Shown: positions 39,793 through 50,048 of the stretch, in pieces
Numbering within the stretch: the first letter of the stretch is position 1
Layout of the letters: each line of letters opens with the position of its first letter
From: Patescibacteria group bacterium
GTDB taxonomy: Bacteria; Patescibacteriota; Patescibacteriia; UBA1558; GWA2-36-10
NCBI GenBank assembly: GCA_041662585.1
Contig: JBAZSG010000001.1
Span: forward strand, 2,381 to 66,380
Direction of reading: 5' to 3'
Length of the DNA stretch: 64,000 nt
Notes under the pieces: model-generated
Databases searched by the model: none
What the model saw: only the letters and a program-made list of their open reading frames with translations
What the model was told of the DNA's origin: nothing
Translations under genes and position numbers: made by a program

Positions 39793-40968
39793 CTACAGCA
39801 ACATATAGAGCAAAGTCATAGCTCCACCTAGTATAAAAGTTATCTTAAAAGCCAAGGCTTCATCAGCAATAAATAAAGTCAGAGCATAAACAGCTATTAT
39901 AGCCAATATTTTACCCACCACCAAAGACATTTCAAAAAATAAAACCCTGCTCATCACCACTCTTTTATGACTAGCTTCTTGTTCTTTGGCTTTTTCATAA
40001 GCCAAGGCAACTAATGGTACTGATATTACATTTTTACCCAATCTAGAAAGAGTATCAACAAAAAATACACCAGCGATATTGACAATAAAAATTCTAAAAA
40101 ACCAAGCCAACGCATAAATGTATGCCCCTAAAGACAAAATTTTTCTTTTATTTTTTGAATCCGTCAATTTGCCAATATAAAAAATTACCAAAGTGGTAAT
40201 AAATGTAGCCAAAGTAACAACTAATCCCAAATCAAAAATGTTTGATATAACAATAGAAATAAATACCGGCCAGATTATCATCACTATCAACTCTTCACCA
40301 AAACCAATATAACCCAAAAGGCTTTGACGATTTTCTTTGTTAAAAAGATCTTGATAAGCCTCTTTATAAGAAAAACCACTGGGTGTAAATTTTTCTCTGG
40401 TCATAAGAGTTGGTATATTTGAAGCCAAAAATATAATAGAGGCAATTGTAAATAATGCTCCATAACCCCATTCCAAAATAATAAAACCAGCCAAAACTGG
40501 CCCCATAATAAAAACCAAAGAGGTTGCTACATTCATAGTGGAGATCTCTCTGCCATCCTCTTTTTGATCAGAAAATCTAGCAAAATTGGCATGATAGGCT
40601 GGCCAGTAAAACATTTTTTGAACAGCAAAAATAAGTGGAGTAATATAAAATAAAATTGGATAATCAACAATAAAAAATAAAGCGATATAAAAAAATATAA
40701 AAAATACAGAGCCAACAAATATGCCCAGCTCATAGCCAAAATAGCGAGCAAACTTGGCACCTAAAGGTACAATAAAAAAATATAAGCCATAAACAATAAA
40801 ATAAAACAACATCAGCTCATGTAGTTTGTAGCCAATCTGATAAAGATAAATCGGTTCAAAAATTGTTACTAGTGCTAAAGCTAAATTTATCAAAGTAGTA
40901 GAGATAAACAATTCTTTGACTTGACGCCTCATATGTTGAGGTAAAAAGCTTTTGACAAAATGTAACAT
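39793..40968 (-). CDS. Polytopic membrane transporter-like protein (MFS-like, ~12 TM)
   Basis: Hydropathy only: about 12 hydrophobic helices and no diagnostic motif. Confidence 0.45.
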   Translation of the reverse strand: MLHFVKSFLPQHMRRQVKELFISTTLINLALALVTIFEPIYLYQIGYKLHELMLFYFIVYGLYFFIVPLGAKFARYFGYELGIFVGSVFFIFFYIALFFIVDYPILFYITPLIFAVQKMFYWPAYHANFARFSDQKEDGREISTMNVATSLVFIMGPVLAGFIILEWGYGALFTIASIIFLASNIPTLMTREKFTPSGFSYKEAYQDLFNKENRQSLLGYIGFGEELIVMIIWPVFISIVISNIFDLGLVVTLATFITTLVIFYIGKLTDSKNKRKILSLGAYIYALAWFFRIFIVNIAGVFFVDTLSRLGKNVISVPLVALAYEKAKEQEASHKRVVMSRVLFFEMSLVVGKILAIIAVYALTLFIADEALAFKITFILGGAMTLLYMLL

Positions 40969-40992
40969 AAATATTATTTTTTAATCTTTAAT

Positions 40993-41604
40993 TTAATCTA
41001 AAGATATTTTTATATCACCTTGACGAAGAATCTCACCTTTATCATCCACAAATTTTATAATGGTCGAAGCATTTCTTCTGGGCAATCTACCAGCATTGAT
41101 AAACAAATCTGGTTGTATTTTTGAATCTTTTAATTGTTTATAAATTTCTGCTGCTGTATAACAACTAGGATTGTTTGATATATTGGCTGAAGTAGCCACT
41201 ATTGGCTTGGCAAAATTTGTCACCAAATCCATAGCAAATACATGATCTGAAACTCTAAGCGCTAGATAATCATCACCATGCTCTTGTATTTTATAATATT
41301 TGTATGGCAAAACCAAAGTAAGTGGTCCTGGCCAATAATGTGAAGCTAGGCGTTTTGCTTTTTCTGAAAACCTGACCAAAGAATTAGCTGTTATCATATC
41401 TGGTATGAGTACTGATAAAGGATTTTTTTTATTGCGTTTTTTTATTTTATAAATTTTATTACACGCTTTCTTGTCATAAAAATCACAACCCATACCATAA
41501 GAAGTTTCCGTAGGATAAATAATTATTCCTCCTCTATTTAAAACTTCCATCGCTTCTTGCAAAACCTTTATTTTATTATTTTTATTTAATTTTATTTCTT
41601 TCAT
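40993..41604 (-). CDS. tsaC: L-threonylcarbamoyladenylate synthase (YrdC/TsaC/Sua5 family)
   Basis: GGIIIYPTETSYGMGCD and ATSANISNNPSCYTAAE, typical of YrdC. Confidence 0.85.
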   Translation of the reverse strand: MKEIKLNKNNKIKVLQEAMEVLNRGGIIIYPTETSYGMGCDFYDKKACNKIYKIKKRNKKNPLSVLIPDMITANSLVRFSEKAKRLASHYWPGPLTLVLPYKYYKIQEHGDDYLALRVSDHVFAMDLVTNFAKPIVATSANISNNPSCYTAAEIYKQLKDSKIQPDLFINAGRLPRRNASTIIKFVDDKGEILRQGDIKISLD

Positions 41605-41624
41605 AATATTATATAGCTCTAATT

Positions 41625-44048
41625 TTATTTTAACACTATAGAAATTATTTTATTTTTAATATGTATAAATTTTACAAGCTCTTTGCCTGCAAGGTGCTTG
41701 GCTACTTTACTTCTAGCTAATATTTCTTTTTTCAAATCATCTGATGGCTCAACATCAAAATCCAGTTCTATCTCATCACGAACTTTACCATTTATTTGAA
41801 TACCAATCACTATTTTTTCATCTCTAGCCAAGTCTGAGTCATACTCTGGCCAAGCTTGTCTGGTCAAACTTTCTGGATTACCCAAAATTTGCCACATCTC
41901 TTCAGCTATATGTGGAGCAAAAGGAGATAATATTAATACAAACTTTTCAAAAACATCTTTGGCAATATTTTTTTGTTTATCTAAATGATTTATCAAAATC
42001 ATCATCTGAGCAACAGCCGTATTAAAACGCATATTATCAATATCCTCTCCTACTTTTTTAATACTTTTATGAAGCAAGCTCTGACTGTCTTTATCAGCTG
42101 CTACTTCAGATACTTTGTCTTGTAAATCCCAAACTTTATTTAAAAATCTATACACACCACTAACCCCTTTATCATCCCAAGCAATAGACTGATCAAATGG
42201 TCCCATAAACATTTCATAGGTTCTGACTGTATCTGCTCCATATTTTTCCAAATAACTATCAGGATTTATGACATTGCCTTTTGACTTAGACATCTTGATA
42301 CCACCCTCACCCAGTATCATACCTTGAGCTGTGCGTTTATAATATGGCTCATCACCAATATCTTTGTGACTAGGTACTACATTTATATCAGCCAAAAATT
42401 TGTATACAAATCTAGAATAAAGTAAATGCAAGGTAGTATGCTCCATACCACCGTTGTACCAATCAACTGGTAACCAGTAATCTGCTTTTTTTATAGCTAT
42501 GAGTTCTTTATCATTATGTGGATCAATATAGCGCAAAAAATACCAATTTGATCCTGCCCAGTTAGGCATGACGTCTGTTTCTCTTTTGGCTGCTTGTCCG
42601 CATTTTGGACAAGTAGTATTGACCCATGCCGTTACTTTGGCTAGTGGTGACTCACCATTGTCACCGGGTTGAAAATCATCAATATTTGGTAAAGTGACTG
42701 GCAATTCATCTTCTGCAACTGGCAACCAGCCACACTCTTTACAATTTATCATTGGTATTGGCTCTCCCCAATAACGTTGACGAGAAAATATCCAATCGTG
42801 TAATTTATAATTTACAGTGGCCCTGCCCAGTTTATTACCTTCCAGCCATTTGACTATCTTTTTTTGAAAATCACTAACCAACAAACCATTATATTCTCCT
42901 GAGTTTATCATCTGACCTGTTTTGGTATCTGTATATGCCTCTTGACTAATATCGCCTCCACTGATTACTGCCCGTATCTCTATATTATATTTTTTGGCAA
43001 AAGCAAAATCACGCGTATCATGAGCCGGTACAGCCATAATAGAACCAGTACCATAATTCATCATAACATAGTCAGCTATAAACACTGGTATCTCTTCATT
43101 GTTTACTGGATTGACAGCTTTGATACCTTTGAGTTCTATACCAGTTTTGACTTTGTTTTCACCAGATCTTTCTATATCAGTTTTTTTGGCTGTAGCCTCT
43201 ATATACTCTTTGACTTCTGTAATATTAAAAATATTTTTTGCCAATTCATTCAAAATTGGATGTTCTGGAGCAACAACCATAAAAGTGACTCCAAACAAAG
43301 TGTCTGGTCTAGTGGTAAATACTTTTAATGTCTGCGTACTATTTTTGATGACAAAATCAAGCTCAGCTCCCTGACTTTTTCCTATCCAATCGCTTTGTTG
43401 TTTTTTGATAGTGTCTAAAAAATTTATTTTGTCCAGCCCAGCAATCAAGCGATCAGCATAGTCCGTAATCTTCAATATCCATTGTTCTTTTTGTTTTTTG
43501 ATTATTTCTCCTCCACACCTTTCACAAAAACCATTTATCACTTCTTCATTGGCCAAACCAATTTTACATGAAATACACCAGTTGATATTTTCACTAGCTT
43601 TGTAAGCCAGACCTTTTTTAAACATTTGAATAAATATCCATTGTGTCCATTTATAATATTTTGGATCTGTGGTTTCTACAAACCTAGACCAATCAAAAGA
43701 AAAACCAGTACCTTTGAGTTGTCTGACAAAGTTGTCTATATTTTTACGAGTAGTAATTTGTGGATGAGTATTTGTTTTGATAGCATAATTTTCTGCTGGA
43801 AGACCAAAGGCATCCATACCCATTGGAAATAAAGTATTAAAACCTTCCATTCTTTTCTTACGACAAATAATATCCATGGCCGTATAAGACCGCAAATGAC
43901 CCGTGTGCAAACCTTCTCCAGATGGATAAGGAAATTCTACTAGCCCATAAAATTTTTTGTTCTTAGTATCATCCTGAGCAGCAAAACTATGCTTATCTTC
44001 CCAATACTTTTGCCACTTTTTTTCTATTTTATTTGCCTGATATTTCAT
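41625..44048 (-). CDS. leuS: Leucyl-tRNA synthetase
   Basis: HIGH-class motif PYPSGEGLHTGHLRSY, KMSKSKGN, editing (CP1) domain and Zn-binding Cys pairs. Confidence 0.95.
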   Translation of the reverse strand: MKYQANKIEKKWQKYWEDKHSFAAQDDTKNKKFYGLVEFPYPSGEGLHTGHLRSYTAMDIICRKKRMEGFNTLFPMGMDAFGLPAENYAIKTNTHPQITTRKNIDNFVRQLKGTGFSFDWSRFVETTDPKYYKWTQWIFIQMFKKGLAYKASENINWCISCKIGLANEEVINGFCERCGGEIIKKQKEQWILKITDYADRLIAGLDKINFLDTIKKQQSDWIGKSQGAELDFVIKNSTQTLKVFTTRPDTLFGVTFMVVAPEHPILNELAKNIFNITEVKEYIEATAKKTDIERSGENKVKTGIELKGIKAVNPVNNEEIPVFIADYVMMNYGTGSIMAVPAHDTRDFAFAKKYNIEIRAVISGGDISQEAYTDTKTGQMINSGEYNGLLVSDFQKKIVKWLEGNKLGRATVNYKLHDWIFSRQRYWGEPIPMINCKECGWLPVAEDELPVTLPNIDDFQPGDNGESPLAKVTAWVNTTCPKCGQAAKRETDVMPNWAGSNWYFLRYIDPHNDKELIAIKKADYWLPVDWYNGGMEHTTLHLLYSRFVYKFLADINVVPSHKDIGDEPYYKRTAQGMILGEGGIKMSKSKGNVINPDSYLEKYGADTVRTYEMFMGPFDQSIAWDDKGVSGVYRFLNKVWDLQDKVSEVAADKDSQSLLHKSIKKVGEDIDNMRFNTAVAQMMILINHLDKQKNIAKDVFEKFVLILSPFAPHIAEEMWQILGNPESLTRQAWPEYDSDLARDEKIVIGIQINGKVRDEIELDFDVEPSDDLKKEILARSKVAKHLAGKELVKFIHIKNKIISIVLK

Positions 44049-44413
44049 ATTTATTTTACAATTTGTAATGAAATTTTATCATTTACTAGCCAAAAAATCA
44101 AACAAACAATATTGGCAAATATTGATCTTGACTGTTAAAATATGTTCTGATATGTTATTATTTCTATTATAAAAAATACTTAAATATTAAGTACAACTAT
44201 ATTTCACTTTTTATTAAAAAAATACTGAATAAATTAGCTATCCGTTCCATAGACGGACTTATTTATTTATACAAAAAATCTCTAATATTAGCACATTTTT
44301 TTGGTATTGCACTACTTTGGGTAGGTAAATATACAGTTTTACCAAGTATATTATTTGTCTATAAAAATATACTAAAATCTAAAATAAAACTAAAAAATAT
44401 CAGATTATCTGAT

Positions 44414-45547
44414 ATGAATTATATAATACTTATTAAAAAATATTTACCAAGTGCTATTATAATAATTATTATTATAGTCGTTACTACCAATAATATATTT
44501 GCCCAAAACTATAGTGCCGATGAATATGCTACTCGTACTCTTCTGTCAAATATAATACCAAAAAGTGAAGATGAGGTTGGTTGGAGTGAATTGATAGAAG
44601 AAACTGGCCCAGCTACCAATCAGGCTCCTATGGCCAATTATCTAGACGATCAAGGCACTTTACAACAATTGGTAGTAAATACTCCTTTTGCAGAAACAGA
44701 AAATATCTATGCTGATACATCGCCAGACTCATCTAGCTTAGTATTGTTAAGTCCTGAAGACACAGGTTCTGATACACCAGTAGAAATATCCAGAACCAAG
44801 CTAGTAGAATACACTATTCAACCAGGTGATGTCATAGGTGCTATTGCTGAAAAATTTGGTGTTTCGGCCAATACAATTCTTTGGGAAAATAACTTAACTT
44901 GGAATAGTACTATCAGACCAGGACAAAAAATAAATATCTTACAAGACTCTGGTATAAGTCACAAGGTGGTATCGGGTGATACAATACTAGCCATTGCCAA
45001 AAAATATCAAGCCGATGCCGAAAATATTGTGGCTGCCAACAAACTAGCTGATTCCTCTGATATTAGCATTGGTGAATTGTTATTTATCCCCGATGGTGTG
45101 CGCCCTACTAGAGTAGTATCCTCATATACTCCTCCATCTGCCAGCAACTTTGATGATGTGCCATCATCAGCTAGTGTAGACAGTGGCAGTAAATTACTAT
45201 GGCCAGTACTCAGTCATCGTATTACTCAATATTATACTTGGCGTCATTCTGGTTTGGATATTGGTGATAAAACTGGCAACCCTATTTATGCTGCAGAAGC
45301 TGGTAAAGTAGAAAAGGCTGGTTGGAATAGCGGTGGTTATGGAAATTATGTAATCATAAATCATGGTAATGGGCTACAAACTCTTTATGGCCATGCCAGC
45401 AAAGTGCTAGTATCAGCTGGCGACTCGGTATCTAGAGGCGAAACTATAGCCTTGGTGGGATCAACTGGCCGTTCAACTGGCCCACACTTACACTTGGAGG
45501 TCAAAGTCAATGGTGTTAGACAAAATCCTATAAACTACATTAAATAA
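44414..45547 (+). CDS. LysM-domain M23 family metallo-endopeptidase
   Basis: Two LysM repeats (YTIQPGDVIGAIAEKFGVS, HKVVSGDTILAIAKKYQ) plus M23 motifs HSGLDIG and GSTGRSTGPHLHLEV. Confidence 0.85.
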   Translation: MNYIILIKKYLPSAIIIIIIIVVTTNNIFAQNYSADEYATRTLLSNIIPKSEDEVGWSELIEETGPATNQAPMANYLDDQGTLQQLVVNTPFAETENIYADTSPDSSSLVLLSPEDTGSDTPVEISRTKLVEYTIQPGDVIGAIAEKFGVSANTILWENNLTWNSTIRPGQKINILQDSGISHKVVSGDTILAIAKKYQADAENIVAANKLADSSDISIGELLFIPDGVRPTRVVSSYTPPSASNFDDVPSSASVDSGSKLLWPVLSHRITQYYTWRHSGLDIGDKTGNPIYAAEAGKVEKAGWNSGGYGNYVIINHGNGLQTLYGHASKVLVSAGDSVSRGETIALVGSTGRSTGPHLHLEVKVNGVRQNPINYIK

Positions 45548-45560
45548 TTTGATTAAGATA

Positions 45561-45604
45561 AAACCGCCGCCCATAGCTTACGCGAAGAGCGGCGGTTTTA
45601 ATTT
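45561..45604. terminator. Bidirectional Rho-independent terminator between convergent genes
   Basis: AAACCGCCGC ... GCGGCGGTTTT hairpin flanked by T-runs on both strands. Confidence 0.6.
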
Positions 45605-45620
45605 TATAACTAATAAATCA

Positions 45621-47120
45621 CTACCAACAACCACTAGCTTCATTAAACACTAAACTATCTGGGCACTGACAATTATTATTTGACCAAGTACCTCCAGTAA
45701 ACTCACAAATTTCTTGTGGATTAACCTCCCAATCAGATGGCTTATAAAGAGTATCTAAGTTTAATTGACCCTCGCCAATTGGATTATAACCACTTAATAC
45801 TTCCTGCCCATCTAAGTAAGTATCCCCATCGCTATCGGGATTATTAATATCAGTACCATAAAAACTCTCATACATATCGGATAAACCATCTTGATCTGTG
45901 TCTAATTCCGTATCCATATTAGCATCTAATAAAGTATCATTGTTCATTTGCTCAGCATTCATTAAAATATCACTAATATTTTCAATATTTTGTACCTTAT
46001 CTGGTTTATTTATATCATAATAATCAATAGCTTTAATAAGCTGCTTTATATTGCCGTTTATAACAACAGAGCTTGAATCATCACCCAATATCAAATCATT
46101 AATATGAATTTCAAAACCTTGAATATTTTTGGTTTTAGAATTTATCAAAACTATAAAATCTAAACTTTCAAACATTTTTTTAAATTTGACAAAATCTTCT
46201 GGTTTTTCTGTCTTCATTTTTTCAAAGCCCTCCATATATTCTTTTCTATAATCTACATAAACAGGAGAATTTTTATCTACTTCTAGTATTGTTTCGTAAG
46301 TATTGGCAATATGATCAATAAATAATTTTACTAGCGTATCTATTTTTTCCTCTTTAACGTTTAATTGAATTTTTCTAAAACCATTGGCATCCTTTTTTAA
46401 ATCTGTAACAATAAAAACCTTTTCTTCTTTCAATTTATCTAAAAAATTATTAACTTGTATATTTATTTTAGCCAAATTATCTTTATTTATAGTTACATTA
46501 TAATTAATATCTGCATCTTTATAAATATTATCTATATTCATCTCCAACCAAGTATCACCAAAATCTGGTATTGGTACAAATCCTCCTAATAATTCCGACA
46601 ATGTGCCAGAATCAATCAAAAAATATAACTTATCATCAACTTTTTTTATTTTTGTTCCAATGTTTAAATCAAAACTTTCTGTCTTTGATGCCAAGTTTAT
46701 ATCTGATTCAAAATTTGAGCCTATATTTTTTTGCTGACTAGTTATATTTAAATTAAATTTCTGACCACCAAAAAACATGGCATAGAGACCTTCTTGTTTG
46801 TTATCTATAAAATTTATATCCAAAAATACACTAGCGTCATTTTGATAATTTTCTATATTTTCTAAACCCCAATCCCACTTGGCTTGTTTGAGTAGCATCA
46901 AAGCTTGTCCTTTGGCATAATACCACCAACCACCAACACCAATAATAATAAGCAATACAACTGCCAAGACAATAAAAAATATACGCTTATTAGAACGTCC
47001 AGCTTTGGGATTTTGACTAGTCATCCTATCCTGTAAACCAGCTGGAGACACTACATTAAAAGTCGGATTGACTGGTACATAAGTTTTATTAATTTGATTA
47101 TTATTTTCCAAATTTTCCAT
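45621..47120 (-). CDS. Membrane-anchored protein with TSP3-like Ca-binding repeats and Cys-containing C-terminus
   Basis: TM anchor IFFIVLAVVLLIIIGVGGWWYY, DTDQDGLSDMYESFYGTDINNPDSDGDTYLDGQEV, C-terminal CEFTGGTWSNNNCQCPDSLVFNEASGCW. The start is 4 nt downstream of the CaCA antiporter gene. Confidence 0.5.
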   Translation of the reverse strand: MENLENNNQINKTYVPVNPTFNVVSPAGLQDRMTSQNPKAGRSNKRIFFIVLAVVLLIIIGVGGWWYYAKGQALMLLKQAKWDWGLENIENYQNDASVFLDINFIDNKQEGLYAMFFGGQKFNLNITSQQKNIGSNFESDINLASKTESFDLNIGTKIKKVDDKLYFLIDSGTLSELLGGFVPIPDFGDTWLEMNIDNIYKDADINYNVTINKDNLAKINIQVNNFLDKLKEEKVFIVTDLKKDANGFRKIQLNVKEEKIDTLVKLFIDHIANTYETILEVDKNSPVYVDYRKEYMEGFEKMKTEKPEDFVKFKKMFESLDFIVLINSKTKNIQGFEIHINDLILGDDSSSVVINGNIKQLIKAIDYYDINKPDKVQNIENISDILMNAEQMNNDTLLDANMDTELDTDQDGLSDMYESFYGTDINNPDSDGDTYLDGQEVLSGYNPIGEGQLNLDTLYKPSDWEVNPQEICEFTGGTWSNNNCQCPDSLVFNEASGCW

Positions 47121-47124
47121 AAAA

Positions 47125-48075
47125 TTATCCTCTATTAATTAGATAAATTATATAAATAATATAAGTTCCCACCATGGTCATGCCTTGCCATTTCTGCAAA
47201 ACATTTTTTTTACCAATAAACATAAAAATAAATAATAACATCATGGCAATAATCATAAAATAAATGTCAAAATTTAAGACTGGCGAAAAATCAATCGGAC
47301 GAATAATAGCGCTAACTCCCAAAATATAAAAAATATTAAAAATGTTGGAACCCACCACATTACCAATAGCAATATCAGCCTTGTGTTTGTAAGCAGCCAT
47401 AGCACTAGCTGCCAACTCAGGCAAAGATGTACCAACAGCTACAATAGTCAAACCAATAAGTGATTCACTCATACCAAATTTATAAGCTATTTTAATAGCT
47501 CCATCAACTATCCATTGGCCACCCAAAGTCAAAGCTACTATGCCAGCTAAGACCATAAGTATAGATTTCCAAGTGCTATATTCTTGTATATCATCTGATT
47601 CACCTTCTACTTTGGTAAGGCCAAAAGTATAATACAAAAATATAATAAAAAAGGCCAAAAGAATGCTACCGTCTATTCTGGTCAAGGCAGAAAAATCAAA
47701 ACCGTCTATCATCATATCATTGACCAAAAACCACAAAACAAAACTAGCCAAAAGATTTAATGGGATTTCTTTGCTAACTGTGCCTTTTTTTACTGCCAAT
47801 GGGAAAATAATCGTAGCTACTCCCAAAATAAGCAAAACATTGGCAATATTTGAACCAACGATATTACCAATAGCCAAATCTCCACTACCTTTAAAAGAAG
47901 CAAACAAATTTACCACCAGTTCTGGAGCAGAAGTACCAAAAGCCACAATAGTCAGACCAATCATCAGATTGGACATCTTAAATCTTTTGGCTATTGAAGA
48001 TGCACCATCTACTAGCCAATCAGCACCTTTGATCAGAAAATAAAATCCAGCAATAAATAATGTATAAGTAAGCAT
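47125..48075 (-). CDS. Ca2+/cation antiporter (CaCA family, YrbG-like)
   Basis: Two alpha-repeat motifs GTSAPELVVNLFASFKG and GTSLPELAASAMAAYKHKADIAIGNVVGSNIFNI. Confidence 0.8.
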   Translation of the reverse strand: MLTYTLFIAGFYFLIKGADWLVDGASSIAKRFKMSNLMIGLTIVAFGTSAPELVVNLFASFKGSGDLAIGNIVGSNIANVLLILGVATIIFPLAVKKGTVSKEIPLNLLASFVLWFLVNDMMIDGFDFSALTRIDGSILLAFFIIFLYYTFGLTKVEGESDDIQEYSTWKSILMVLAGIVALTLGGQWIVDGAIKIAYKFGMSESLIGLTIVAVGTSLPELAASAMAAYKHKADIAIGNVVGSNIFNIFYILGVSAIIRPIDFSPVLNFDIYFMIIAMMLLFIFMFIGKKNVLQKWQGMTMVGTYIIYIIYLINRG

Positions 48076-48168
48076 AAATATTTTTATTATGAATATATTT
48101 TAGCATAAATTAGACAAAATAAAAAACATCCAGCCTCTTGTGAGAGACTGGATGATATATATAAGTGG

Positions 48169-49515
48169 TTACGCTTCTATCGGTTCCACTTTAGTGGAAA
48201 TTTCTGCGTTAGCTTGTTTTGTGACAGCCTTTTCAAATAAGATTGCTCCTATTACCGTCACCAATATCACTGCTAAAAGAGACGCTGAGGCCATGGTTTC
48301 ATCTAAAGCACGATTGGCCAAAGCGACAGCCACAAAGACTAGGCCAACTTCGCCACGAATAGACATGGCTAGACCCACAAGTTTTCCTTCTTGTTTGTCT
48401 TTAAAAAGATATTTAACGGCATATTTACCGAAAAAGGCCAGAATAGTGAACAATATTGCCCACAACCAAACCTTGATATCTATCAAAGCAGCTCTTGGCA
48501 ACATAGTACCAATGCTGACCAAAAATCCTCCTACAAAAATGTGGATATAGCCTTCGATTTTGTTCCAAGCATCATGCTTGATTGCATTGTCAACTTTGGA
48601 CAATACTACACCAATGCCGAAGGCACCGAGAACCGGCTCCAATCCCAAAAGAGCAGCCAATGATGCCCCAATCATAAGCATGCCAAAGAAAAATCTGGTA
48701 AAAACACCCGTACTGTGTTGGTTGTAGTTTTTGTTGAGATAAGTTGCTATCTTATCAGCCACACCCATATTCCATAACACATAAGTGCCTATCAAAAATA
48801 CCAATACACCAATCCCCAACATGACATAAGGATTGAGCATACTTTCTTCAGCACCATGACTAGCTCCAGAAGCAGACATCTTGGCCAATATGGTCAAAAT
48901 AATAACGCCGAGGATGTCGTCAATGACAGCTGCACCTACGATCTGATTACCCAGATTGGTTTCCAGCTTACCAACTTTCTTTAGAGCCTCTACCGAAAGA
49001 CCCACTGAAGTAGCGGTAAATATACCTCCCAAGAAAATAGCTGGCATCCATTCTAGGCCTATCCAATAGTGACCTAAGGCCGCAAAAGACACAAGCGGAA
49101 TCAATACACCCAAAAAGGCCACAGCTGTAGCAATGACAATATTCTTTTTGAGCAACTCCATATCAAAATGAAGTCCAGCCTCAAACAGAATAAACAATAC
49201 TCCTAGCAATCTAGCCAACTCAACACCTTCAGCGTCAGGTTGTAATACTGACAAAATAGCTGGTCCAGCAATAATACCCATGATAATGGTACCAGCCATT
49301 GGAGCTATACCCAAAGCCTTGGCCATCCGATCGCCATAGGTAGCAAAAAGTGCTAAAAAAGCGATGTCGATTAAAATAGGCATATAGTGACTGACATCAT
49401 GATGGTGACTTTCAACTAAAGCCCCCCTCACAAAATACAAAAAGACTGCCATCACAGCTACTTCTAGGGTGAAAAAAATCAATCCCTTGATTCTTTTGTT
49501 CATATTGTTCTCCAC
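48169..49515 (-). CDS. Monovalent cation:proton antiporter (CPA1/CPA2-like Na+/H+ or K+/H+ exchanger)
   Basis: About 12 TM helices and Na_H_exchanger-like conserved segments (LFILFEAGLHFD, GAAVIDDILGVIIL). Confidence 0.75.
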   Translation of the reverse strand: MENNMNKRIKGLIFFTLEVAVMAVFLYFVRGALVESHHHDVSHYMPILIDIAFLALFATYGDRMAKALGIAPMAGTIIMGIIAGPAILSVLQPDAEGVELARLLGVLFILFEAGLHFDMELLKKNIVIATAVAFLGVLIPLVSFAALGHYWIGLEWMPAIFLGGIFTATSVGLSVEALKKVGKLETNLGNQIVGAAVIDDILGVIILTILAKMSASGASHGAEESMLNPYVMLGIGVLVFLIGTYVLWNMGVADKIATYLNKNYNQHSTGVFTRFFFGMLMIGASLAALLGLEPVLGAFGIGVVLSKVDNAIKHDAWNKIEGYIHIFVGGFLVSIGTMLPRAALIDIKVWLWAILFTILAFFGKYAVKYLFKDKQEGKLVGLAMSIRGEVGLVFVAVALANRALDETMASASLLAVILVTVIGAILFEKAVTKQANAEISTKVEPIEA

Positions 49516-49648
49516 ATTTAAATTAATTAAGTAAATAACAAAAATCAGGAACAGTATACACTAACATTAGAAAAAAATCAAGACCTTTTTTCATAATCAA
49601 AAAACCTATTTAGTATCAAATAGGTTTTATTTTAAGTATTTTTAAATA

Positions 49649-50008
49649 TTATTGAAGATTATTTTTATTTGGCATCACTGGTTTTGGTGTATATATTGAA
49701 ACTGGCTGAGGCCATAAAAATAATATACCTATCAATATAGCTGGTCCAGCAATTATTAAATAAGCAAGCCAATCCACATCGCCCCAAGCCATTACTACAT
49801 AAGCCAACCCGGCCAATATCCACAAAATACCACCGATTTTTTCCTGTACCCAAGAAATACCCAAAATTATTACTAATACCAAAGTTGGTAAAAGATGCAT
49901 CAATAAACCAAGCCAAGAAAATTTGCCTAAATCAAAAACAAATAAAACAGTCAGCAGTATAAATAAAATTGCAAAGCCTCTAGATACCCAATAAATTGTT
50001 TTGTTCAT
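49649..50008 (-). CDS. Small membrane protein (4 TM)
   Basis: Hydrophobic 119-aa ORF with no recognisable motif. Confidence 0.4.
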   Translation of the reverse strand: MNKTIYWVSRGFAILFILLTVLFVFDLGKFSWLGLLMHLLPTLVLVIILGISWVQEKIGGILWILAGLAYVVMAWGDVDWLAYLIIAGPAILIGILFLWPQPVSIYTPKPVMPNKNNLQ

Positions 50009-50048
50009 ATGTTTTTATATATTCTACTTATATAATATACTATTAAAA

